Shown one piece after another: positions 50,755 through 59,192 of a stretch of DNA of 64,000 nt. Below the pieces are notes generated by a model that made no database searches, had not been told where the DNA came from, and saw only the letters and a list, made by a program, of their open reading frames with translations. Source of the DNA: Ignavibacteriota bacterium (lineage in GTDB: Bacteria; Bacteroidota; Ignavibacteria; UBA10030). The position numbers were made by a program, and so were the translations under genes. Where the stretch lies: contig OY969585.1 of the NCBI GenBank assembly GCA_963701295.1, forward strand, positions 2,496,001 through 2,560,000, given 5' to 3'. The first letter of the stretch is position 1. Each line of letters begins with the position of its first letter.

Positions 50755-51198
50755 TCATATATTGCTTGGGGTTGAGGTTTCTGGAACCTGAGCAATGTCC
50801 TCGGTGAGAGCCACCAGAGGGGAACCACTTGTCGATGGAACAGCGGCAGGAGCTAATTGTTTCATGAGATCGCTTGCTGAGATGCGAGCCTGCAATGCCT
50901 TCTTATCCAATGCAATAATGAGAAATCGAATAATGTTTTCATCGAGTTGGAAATGGCGTTCAAGTCTTGCCACGATGTCACCGCTAGAGGTGAACTCGCA
51001 CAACACATAGAATCCATTGTTTTTCTTTTTAATTGGATACGCGAATCGCTTGCGCCCCCATTTTGCCAACTCCATAATTTCACCGCTATGCTTGACGATG
51101 AGTTCCTTTACCTTTTCGATAACGGCGTCAATCTGTGGGTCATCGAGTCCGGCGTTCACAATGAACGTCGTCTCGTAGATCTTTTGCTTCTGTGACAT
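50755..51198 (-). CDS. rpsF: 30S ribosomal protein S6
   Basis: YETTFI, WGRKRFAYPIKK, IIRFL; start at ATG 51198. Confidence 0.95.
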   Translation of the reverse strand: MSQKQKIYETTFIVNAGLDDPQIDAVIEKVKELIVKHSGEIMELAKWGRKRFAYPIKKKNNGFYVLCEFTSSGDIVARLERHFQLDENIIRFLIIALDKKALQARISASDLMKQLAPAAVPSTSGSPLVALTEDIAQVPETSTPSNI

Positions 51199-51275
51199 AG
51201 ATATGTTCCCTTTGGACTTGTGATAATGATGACCCACTCAATCGGGAGATATGTTCCGACAAGAGGGCAGGGTTA
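51199..51275 (-). promoter_or_regulatory. Probable S6:S18 ribosomal leader
   Basis: CCCTGCCC motif followed by a long hairpin directly upstream of the rpsF SD. Confidence 0.55.
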
Positions 51276-51276
51276 T

Positions 51277-51867
51277 TTAACTACTTTCTTCACTTAATGT
51301 AGTATTAAATCGGTTCATTGTCCGATCTATACCATCTTCGATATACGATATACATACGTCGCGTGCTCGTTCTACCATCAACTTCACATTCGGAAACTCA
51401 GATTCGGAAAACTGGTCAAGCACAAAATCTTTCATCTTGGTTTTTTCTGCAGGCATCATTGCAGATGCAATGCCACAGCGAAGTCTGGCAAACTGATCCG
51501 TCTGTAAATGATAAATGACAGACGATAATCCATTGTGTCCACCATCTGTTCCATTCTGCCTCAGTCGAATTGTGCCCAGGGGTAGTTGAAAGTCATCGCA
51601 CAGCACGAGTAAATTATCTAACAGAATTTCCTGTTGTTCCAGAAATTCATGAACAGCGATTCCACTGTTGTTCATGAAGGTTGCTGGTTTCAATAATGCG
51701 ACTTCTACGTTATTCAAAGAACATTGCGCAAGCCAGTATTCACCTTTGCCGGGGCGAAAGGTGACACCTGATACGGCTGCGACCTCATCGACGACCAGGA
51801 AACCCACATTGTGGCGAGTCCTTGTATATTCTCTTCCGTGATTTCCCAATCCAACGATACAATACAT
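51277..51867 (-). CDS. pth: Peptidyl-tRNA hydrolase
   Basis: IVGLGN, TRHNVG, FMNNSG, GGHNGL. Confidence 0.96.
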   Translation of the reverse strand: MYCIVGLGNHGREYTRTRHNVGFLVVDEVAAVSGVTFRPGKGEYWLAQCSLNNVEVALLKPATFMNNSGIAVHEFLEQQEILLDNLLVLCDDFQLPLGTIRLRQNGTDGGHNGLSSVIYHLQTDQFARLRCGIASAMMPAEKTKMKDFVLDQFSESEFPNVKLMVERARDVCISYIEDGIDRTMNRFNTTLSEESS

Positions 51868-51891
51868 CAAATCTCAAAGACGAATAGAAAG

Positions 51892-52620
51892 TTATTTCTT
51901 TTTCTCTTCAGGTTTCTTTTTCTCTTCAGGTTTCTTCTTTTCATCCGGTTTCTTTTTCTCGTCTGCTACTTCGGCACCTTCTTCAGGCTTTTTACCCTTT
52001 GCTATAACTTCTGGCTCAGCGAGTGCTTCAGCTGTAGGTGCAACAACAGCAGCCACTTCGGCTTCTTTCACCACTACAGGCGGAACCACAGCGACAACAG
52101 TGCTGGTTTCGTTTTCCAGGATTTTCACATCTGGAATTTTCAGATCCTTCACATGAACAGAACGGTTGATCTCCAACTCTTCTACATTAATCTCGACATG
52201 GTCCGGAATATTCTTTGGCAGGCACGAGACTTTCAGCTTATGTAAAATATGCTGCAGGATTCCACCTTCACGGACGCCTTTCGGAATGCCGCCTGTCAAC
52301 TTGACCGGTACTTCTATGGTTAGTAATTCGTTCTGATTCAAACCGAACAAATCAAAATGCACAGGTGACTCAGTCACCGGATCGAGTTGCACGTCTCTCA
52401 AGACGCACATATGGGATGAACCGTCATCCAACTTTAAATTGATGACATGCATTGCCGAAGTTGTGTATAGCGGCTTGAGCGATACTTCCGATAAAGATAC
52501 CGGAATATTCTGCTGTCCGTGTCCATAGTAGATTCCAGGTACTTTGCCTGTTCCACGAAGTGCACGTGAGCGTTTGCCAACGTCCTTTCGGATTTCCGCG
52601 GTTAATGTTATTTCAGACAT
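51892..52620 (-). CDS. rplY: 50S ribosomal protein L25 (Ctc form) with EKKKP(D/E) repeat tail
   Basis: VPGIYYG, VQLDPV, HFDL, GVREGG, CLPKNIP; 18-bp tandem repeat at ~51895-51960. Confidence 0.95.
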   Translation of the reverse strand: MSEITLTAEIRKDVGKRSRALRGTGKVPGIYYGHGQQNIPVSLSEVSLKPLYTTSAMHVINLKLDDGSSHMCVLRDVQLDPVTESPVHFDLFGLNQNELLTIEVPVKLTGGIPKGVREGGILQHILHKLKVSCLPKNIPDHVEINVEELEINRSVHVKDLKIPDVKILENETSTVVAVVPPVVVKEAEVAAVVAPTAEALAEPEVIAKGKKPEEGAEVADEKKKPDEKKKPEEKKKPEEKKK

Positions 52621-52634
52621 CGTGTATCTCCTCG

Positions 52635-53579
52635 TTAAGACTTATCTTTATCAACATCAAATAATGAACTGATGGATTCGTTCCGGTGTGTCCGGAGAAT
52701 CGCTTGAGCAAAAAGATTTGCTATTGAGCGTACTTTGATTTTCGAGCATTCCTGCTTTAATGGAAGAGTATCGGTCACAACCAGTTCCGTGACGACGGAA
52801 TCTTCGATCCGTGAATACGCTTTTCCGGATAAAATAGGATGCGTGCATGCCCCAAAAATTTCTTTTGCTCCATTCTTTTTCAATGCTTGTGCAGCGTTGA
52901 CGAACGTACCGGCTGTATCAATCAAATCGTCAACGATGAGAATGTTTTTATTATCAACAGTACCGATAATGTTTAATACTTCGGCTTCATTTGCTTTCGG
53001 CCGGCGTTTATCAATGAGAATTAAGTCGCAACCGAGCCGTCTTGCATACGAACGCGCCATTTTAATGCTCCCGACATCAGGGGAAGCGACAGCGAGATTT
53101 GAGATGTTCTTTTTTTTAAAACATTCAATTAACACTGGCGAAGAATACAGATGATCCATCGGAATATCAAAGAAACCCTGGATCTGTGCTGTATGCAAAT
53201 CCATCGTGACTACGCGATCGGCACCTGCCTTTGTGATCAAATTAGCAACAAGCTTTGCGCTGATCGATACACGCGGTTGATCTTTTCGATCCTGACGAGC
53301 ATATCCAAAATACGGAATGACTGCCGTGACACGTTTTGCTGATGCTCGTTTTGCTGCATCGAGCATAATAAGTAATTCCATCAAATTTTCAGCCGGCGGT
53401 TGTGTCGGTTGAATAATAAAGACATCATCACCGCGTATGTTTTCGACAAACTTGACCCAGAGTTCACCATCGCTAAATGTCTGGAAAGCGACTTCTCCAA
53501 GCGGGATCTTTGCTTCAGTGCAAATTTGTTTTGCCAATAGGCGATTTGATCGTCCCGAGAAAATTTTCAACTCGCTCAT
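52635..53579 (-). CDS. prs: Ribose-phosphate pyrophosphokinase
   Basis: FSDGE, PYFGYARQDRK, DLHTAQIQGFF, VDDLIDTAGT; SD AAGGAAG before ATG 53579. Confidence 0.97.
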   Translation of the reverse strand: MSELKIFSGRSNRLLAKQICTEAKIPLGEVAFQTFSDGELWVKFVENIRGDDVFIIQPTQPPAENLMELLIMLDAAKRASAKRVTAVIPYFGYARQDRKDQPRVSISAKLVANLITKAGADRVVTMDLHTAQIQGFFDIPMDHLYSSPVLIECFKKKNISNLAVASPDVGSIKMARSYARRLGCDLILIDKRRPKANEAEVLNIIGTVDNKNILIVDDLIDTAGTFVNAAQALKKNGAKEIFGACTHPILSGKAYSRIEDSVVTELVVTDTLPLKQECSKIKVRSIANLFAQAILRTHRNESISSLFDVDKDKS

Positions 53580-53663
53580 CAACTTCCTTTCGTCAGTATC
53601 CATCATTCATTTCAACTAAGAGAACACAAAAATTCAGCACCATCTTAATGATTATGCTCATTA

Positions 53664-53763
53664 CTGGTGTGCCATGATTCTTCGCTTAAAGCGGATGAGC
53701 CTTTGGCTCAGAACCCGGGAACGTCCCGCACAGCGGGATGCCTTATCGCTTGATTACACCCCC
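53664..53763 (-). pseudogene. Degenerate tRNA-Gln copy with a 30-nt double-hairpin insertion
   Basis: Aligns to the adjacent tRNA-Gln across acceptor, D and T arms. Insertion 53681-53710 lies in the T loop, and the anticodon arm is replaced. Confidence 0.8.
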
Positions 53764-53783
53764 TGAATCTCAAATTAAACTTG

Positions 53784-53855
<72 letters not shown>

Positions 53856-54001
53856 ATCATTTGGTTCATCTATCAATGATGCAGTGTCTGAGAGTGTCCC
53901 AGCAAGCGTAGTATTCTATCCACAAAAAACAGAGATAAACTCCGATTCTACCAATGAGATTATCTTAATAAAAAACCAACTCCCATTGAGTCGGAATTAA
54001 A

Positions 54002-54030
54002 ATATATCGAAAAAACGCTTGTAAGTCAAA
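54002..54030 (-). promoter_or_regulatory. Sigma70 promoter for the tRNA-Gln/prs operon
   Basis: Minus strand TTGACT-17 nt-TATATT. Confidence 0.7.
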
Positions 54031-54116
54031 CAAGAAAAGAACACTTCAAAAGTTTGATTTTCTTGCCACATTTATCTAATTTAATTTATAAATATTTAAA
54101 AACCGTGGAGACCCAT

Positions 54117-54686
54117 ATGGTCATTAAAGGGAATACTATTATAAAAGAACTTAGCTTACCGGACGAACGAGGGAGTGTGCAAGCCTTTTGGGTGATTACA
54201 TTTTCTATCCTCACAGCAATCGGCGCACAGATTGAGATACCGAATCAACCGGTTCCTTACACGTTACAAACATTTTTTGTTCTCTTGACAGGTGCTCTTC
54301 TCGGAAAACGAAACGGAGCAGCGAGCATGGGACTTTATTTGATCCTTGGTGCCATCGGCATGCCGGTCTTTTCTGTCGGATCATTTGGATTCTCGAGACT
54401 CTTAGGTCCAACAGGAGGATATCTGTTTTCATTTCCGATTGCAGCTTTCGTCGTCGGTTATCTTTCGAGGCTTCGCCGGGAATTCTGGTGGATGATGGCC
54501 TCTATGGTTATTGGCTCTTGTATCATCTTTACCATCGGTACGATTCAATTGAATATAATCTATGTGCATAACTGGGTTCATTCTGTTCAGGCGGGATTTC
54601 TCATTTTCTCTTGGTGGGATGCAGTGAAAATTATTGGTGCAGCGACAATTGCACACCATTATTTTCGAAAAGTGAATCAGCCATAG
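54117..54686 (+). CDS. bioY: Biotin transporter BioY
   Basis: PVPYTLQT, GAIGMPVF, GPTGGYL. Confidence 0.93.
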   Translation: MVIKGNTIIKELSLPDERGSVQAFWVITFSILTAIGAQIEIPNQPVPYTLQTFFVLLTGALLGKRNGAASMGLYLILGAIGMPVFSVGSFGFSRLLGPTGGYLFSFPIAAFVVGYLSRLRREFWWMMASMVIGSCIIFTIGTIQLNIIYVHNWVHSVQAGFLIFSWWDAVKIIGAATIAHHYFRKVNQP

Positions 54687-54742
54687 AAAACAAGTGAAAT
54701 GAAATCGAGAGAAAAACAATTCTTAGAAATAAGAGGCAAAGC

Positions 54743-55663
54743 ATGGACCGTAGAACTTTTTTCAAAAAGGGTTTAGGTGCATCCATCGTCGTTGGTGCAG
54801 TAGTTGCCGGTAAATATCAAAATCTTTTTGCTTCTCCGTATGAAGCCAACGATCTTCCGTTTGACTTGGTTGCAGTGAAAGGGGGTGAACCAGACGTCAT
54901 GCTGAAAAAGGGGATGGAAGCTTTTGGTGGAATTGGAAAGTTCGTAAAGAAAGGGCAGAAGGTTGTCGTCAAGCCTAATATTGGCTGGGATGTCACTCCG
55001 GAGCGTGGCGGAAATACCAATCCAAAATTAGTGGCAGAAATTGTTCGTCAGTGCCTCACTGCAGGTGCAAGTGAAGTCTATGTATTTGATCACACGTGCG
55101 ATAATTGGCAGCGGTGCTATAAGAACAGCGGTATAGAATCGGCAGTCAAAAATGCAGGTGGAAAAATTGCGCCTGCTCATACTGAAGGATATTATCATGA
55201 TATATCGATCCCCAAGGGCAAGAGCATCACAAGTGCCAAAGAGCACGAACTTCTCCTCAGTTCTGATGTTTTTATCAATGTCCCGATATTGAAACATCAT
55301 GGGGGAGCACGATTAACCATTACGATGAAAAATATGATGGGAAATGTGTGGGATAGAGGAACATGGCATCGGATTGATCTGCATCAATGTATAGCAGATT
55401 ATGCTACCTATCGCAAGCCGACCTTGAATATTGTTGATGCCTATTATGTCATGAAGCAAAATGGTCCTCGCGGAGTTTCCGTGGAAGATGTTGTGATGAT
55501 GAAATCGCTTCTCATTTCTACGGATGTGGTTGCGATTGACACTGCCTCTGCGAAACTTTTTGGCTTGAATCCCGCTGATGTGCGATATATCCAGATAGCT
55601 GCAGATCAAAAAGTCGGTAGAATGGATTTGGAAAATCTTCGCATCAAGCGGTTGACTGTATAA
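54743..55663 (+). CDS. Tat-exported DUF362 protein
   Basis: MDRRTFFK Tat motif, VVVKPNI, NTNP, INVPILKHH, MKNMMG, DVVAID. Confidence 0.88.
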   Translation: MDRRTFFKKGLGASIVVGAVVAGKYQNLFASPYEANDLPFDLVAVKGGEPDVMLKKGMEAFGGIGKFVKKGQKVVVKPNIGWDVTPERGGNTNPKLVAEIVRQCLTAGASEVYVFDHTCDNWQRCYKNSGIESAVKNAGGKIAPAHTEGYYHDISIPKGKSITSAKEHELLLSSDVFINVPILKHHGGARLTITMKNMMGNVWDRGTWHRIDLHQCIADYATYRKPTLNIVDAYYVMKQNGPRGVSVEDVVMMKSLLISTDVVAIDTASAKLFGLNPADVRYIQIAADQKVGRMDLENLRIKRLTV

Positions 55664-55672
55664 GGTGGCCGT

Positions 55673-57229
55673 TTGCAGTGGTTAAAACGAATTCGCATTG
55701 TTATCGCGATAATTTTTTTTCTTGCATTCACCCTTCTCTTTCTTGACCTCGGCAATGTAATTCCTATTGGAATACATACGTTCTTCACATCGACACAGCT
55801 CATACCATCATTCGTGCGAACATTGGTCGTATTGAGCAGTGCGTCGTTTGGACTCTTTTTTGTTTTAGTCATAACCTTTTTCTTTGGCAGAGTCTATTGT
55901 TCTACTCTCTGTCCGCTTGGGATTTTGCAGGATATTGTAATCCGTATAGCAAAACGAATGAATAGGCGCCGTCGGTTTAGGTACAAAGAACAGTATTATA
56001 TTTTACATTACTCCTTATTTGTTCTTACGGGAATTCTTGCGTTCTCTGGAAGTATGATTTTGCTGAATTTATTTGAGCCGTTTAGTAATTACGGTCGTAT
56101 CCTTTCTAACCTGACGAGTCCTTTTATTGTGTTAGTAAATAATATGTTCGGATATATTCTTGGACTCTTCGGTTTTATGTTTCTCTTTCAAATTCCAATT
56201 TTTCATGTCAACCTTGTTTCCGTAATCGCCTCTTTCAGTATTTTAGCGTTAGTGGCTTATCTCTCGTATAACCATGGAAGATTGTTTTGCAATCTGCTTT
56301 GTCCAGCGGGAGCATTGCTTGGAATTATTTCAAGATTATCAATATTCAAGATAATAATAGATGAAAATAATTGTAAAGAATGTGGTTTATGTGAAAGAGT
56401 ATGTAAAGCAAGCTGCATCAATAGTGATTCAATGGAAATTGATTTCGCTGCCTGCATAGGTTGTTTCAATTGCATTGCTGCTTGTCCGACTGTGGGAATG
56501 AGTTACAAGGGAAGATGGAAAAAAACTTCAAACATTTTGCCGATTGTAAATGAAGGACGGCGAAATGTATTAAAAACATCCGTTTTGCCTGCAATTGGTT
56601 TGCTGGTGCCTGTCATGGGAGTTGAGACCGTTGCAGGGAAAAGTCAAAATGGATTTAGCGAAAATCGTAAACATCCGATATCGCCGCCAGGTTCTTTGAG
56701 CGTGGGGAGATTCTCCAGTCTTTGTACAGCTTGCCATCTGTGCATCAGTTCATGTCCGACGCAAGTGTTGCTCCCGTCCTTCTTTGAATATGGAATTGCT
56801 GGCGTCTTTCAGCCTAAAATGAATTATGATGCCAGCTACTGCAACTTCGATTGTGTTCTTTGCAGTCAGGTATGCCCGACCGGCGCAATTCTACCCCTTG
56901 ATGTATCCTTAAAAAAAGAAGTACAGATCGGAAGAGCGCAGTTTATCAAAGATGATTGTGTCGTTGTTTCAAAGAAAAAGGATTGCGGTGCATGCTCTGA
57001 GCATTGTCCGACAAAAGCGGTAACCATGGTACCATATGAAAAAAACCTTATGGTTCCTGAGGTCAATAATGAAGTTTGTGTTGGGTGTGGAGCTTGTGAA
57101 CATGCTTGTCCTGTTCGACCAAGCAAAGCTATCTATGTGAGTGCCAATCAAATCCATAAGAAGGCAAAGAAGCTGCAGTCAAAAAAGGCAGATTCATCTT
57201 TCGATAGCTCTCAAGAATTTCCTTTTTAA
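55673..57229 (+). CDS. Membrane polyferredoxin (NapH/MauN-like plus NapF-like 4Fe-4S domains)
   Basis: GRVYCSTLCPLG, GRLFCNLLCPAG and six CxxCxxCxxxC clusters. Confidence 0.88.
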   Translation: MQWLKRIRIVIAIIFFLAFTLLFLDLGNVIPIGIHTFFTSTQLIPSFVRTLVVLSSASFGLFFVLVITFFFGRVYCSTLCPLGILQDIVIRIAKRMNRRRRFRYKEQYYILHYSLFVLTGILAFSGSMILLNLFEPFSNYGRILSNLTSPFIVLVNNMFGYILGLFGFMFLFQIPIFHVNLVSVIASFSILALVAYLSYNHGRLFCNLLCPAGALLGIISRLSIFKIIIDENNCKECGLCERVCKASCINSDSMEIDFAACIGCFNCIAACPTVGMSYKGRWKKTSNILPIVNEGRRNVLKTSVLPAIGLLVPVMGVETVAGKSQNGFSENRKHPISPPGSLSVGRFSSLCTACHLCISSCPTQVLLPSFFEYGIAGVFQPKMNYDASYCNFDCVLCSQVCPTGAILPLDVSLKKEVQIGRAQFIKDDCVVVSKKKDCGACSEHCPTKAVTMVPYEKNLMVPEVNNEVCVGCGACEHACPVRPSKAIYVSANQIHKKAKKLQSKKADSSFDSSQEFPF

Positions 57230-57346
57230 AGCAAGCCTGACAGCGGAAAAGATACATATCTTTTTGTAACAGAAATGGAGGGAACTTCCTTTTCTTCTCA
57301 ACCGTTCTGTGTCAGAGAAAAAAATATTTGATTATTTTGTATAACT

Positions 57347-58108
57347 ATGAAGAACGACCAAAGTCCGAAACAATTTTATGATTCGCTTGCGAATGAATAC
57401 GATGAATTTACAGGATTCGCGGAGCGCTTCGATAAAGAGCGTTCGATATTTCGGAGGCTTGTTCAAAAATACGATATGAAGATTGTCCTCGATGCGGGAT
57501 GTGGAACGGGGTTTCATTCAATTCTGCTTGCTCAGCTCGGACTGCACGTGACAGCCACAGATATATCGGCGCAAATGCTCCGGCAAGCGAAACGAAATGC
57601 AGAAAACATGAACGTTCAGGTTGACACAATTCAAACGTCTTTTCAAAGAATGGATGAGTCTATACATAATAAATTCGATGCGGTCTTCTGTCTTGGCAAT
57701 ACACTTCCGCATATAGTAACAGAGGAAGAAATTTTTCAGTCATTCAAGAGTTTTCACGAACTATTGAAATCCGGTGGACGAGTATTCCTGCAATTGTTGA
57801 ATTACGACCGGATCCTTAATTCCCGAGAACGAATCCTCAATGTCAAGGAAGTGAATAATAAAATATTCGTTCGGTTTTATGATTACGAAGGAGAGAGCAT
57901 CGTGTTTAATATCTTGACCATACAAAAGAGCGGCGGACAGATGGAACATTCTCTGAATTCTGTTCGGCTCTTTCCTTGGCGGTCAGCGGATATCGTTCGC
58001 AGTTTAAAAGGTACCGGATTTCATAACGAAGAATTATTCGGAACGATGGCACTGAATGTTTATGATGAGTGTTCATCGAAGGATTTGGTTGTCATAGCAC
58101 AATTTTAG
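57347..58108 (+). CDS. Class I SAM-dependent methyltransferase
   Basis: VLDAGCGTG, FDAVFCLGNTLPH. Confidence 0.88.
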   Translation: MKNDQSPKQFYDSLANEYDEFTGFAERFDKERSIFRRLVQKYDMKIVLDAGCGTGFHSILLAQLGLHVTATDISAQMLRQAKRNAENMNVQVDTIQTSFQRMDESIHNKFDAVFCLGNTLPHIVTEEEIFQSFKSFHELLKSGGRVFLQLLNYDRILNSRERILNVKEVNNKIFVRFYDYEGESIVFNILTIQKSGGQMEHSLNSVRLFPWRSADIVRSLKGTGFHNEELFGTMALNVYDECSSKDLVVIAQF

Positions 58109-58179
58109 AGATCAGCTTTAAAGAGAATGATCCCGCAAGAGGATCAGCACGCAAAATAAGCAAGAATATGTCATAAAAA

Positions 58180-58296
58180 TTCAAGTGGTCGTGTGTTTTT
58201 GGTGATACGATCTTCGCGCTTGGTGCTCTTGCCCTAGTGCTATTTGTTCTTGGATTAATAACGGGATATTCTTTGAAGAAGGCGAAGACAAAATAA
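58180..58296 (+). pseudogene. Probable C-terminal remnant of quinol-type nitric oxide reductase
   Basis: Start-less frame FKWSCVFGDTIFALGALALVLFVLGLITGYSLKKAKTK* resembles the final qNor helix (W.R..GDTIF..G). Confidence 0.6.
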
Positions 58297-58647
58297 ATTA
58301 GAAAAATGGGTAAGAGTCGTTATGGATAAACGGAAATAGAGATTACACCAAAGAGCTAACACAATATGAAAGAGAGACGCGAAAAAGGAAGGGGAAAAGA
58401 GAGCATTCTCTCATCAATAAGCGTGGAAGGACGAATAATCGTTGGATTGTGGAATAAAGCTTGACATAGAAGGATCAGAGACATATTTTATGTGCATGGT
58501 GTGTTGACCGCATTCTTATTTGCGGTACATATTTTCTAAGGTTTGGGTTATCTCTGATCGTTAGCCTTCGATTATGTGATATGCCTTCGGATTTGAGACA
58601 AGAAAATGGTGTTCAGCGTTGAAGAATAACCAAAGGAATATGGGGTA

Positions 58648-59028
58648 TTGAAGCAATACGATACAGTCCTTGTTGTTGAAGATGATGATAGTCTGCGGGA
58701 TCTTCTGAAAACGATGCTTGAAGCAAATGATTTTAAAGTGCTTACAGCAACTGATGGTTTAGATGCCATAGAAGTATTCACAAAGAACAAAGGGAGTATT
58801 GGGGTCGTCCTTTCCGATCTCGGGTTGCCCTACCTTGGCGGTTGGGATGCGTTTCTCAGAATGAAGAAGATTAATCCAGAATTGAAAGGAATTCTTGCGA
58901 GTGGGTATTTTCACCCGGGGGTAAAAGAAGAAATCATTAAATCTGGAGCAGAGACTTTTATCCAGAAACCGTACAATACTCCGGAAATTGTCGCGATGCT
59001 TCATAGAATGCTTGACGAGGAAGAATAG
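58648..59028 (+). CDS. Stand-alone response regulator receiver domain
   Basis: VLVVEDD, VLSDLGLP, ASG, FIQKPY. Confidence 0.88.
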   Translation: MKQYDTVLVVEDDDSLRDLLKTMLEANDFKVLTATDGLDAIEVFTKNKGSIGVVLSDLGLPYLGGWDAFLRMKKINPELKGILASGYFHPGVKEEIIKSGAETFIQKPYNTPEIVAMLHRMLDEEE

Positions 59029-59192
59029 AAAATTCCTTTTCATAAAAAAGACCGACAAAATTTTTAAATAGAACTACTCGTAAGCCTCTTATCATAACTG
59101 AGGCTGGGCGCCCTCATCAGACGAAAAAAAAGTCAAGTCTCCCACGGTGTGTGAGAAACGCATTGAAAAACACAAATGCCGATTGTGTTGGC

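Noticed and set aside
59095-59160. CTGATGAG on the minus strand suggesting a hammerhead ribozyme
   Set aside because: No GAAA after stem II; the adjacent hairpin plus U tract is better explained as a terminator.
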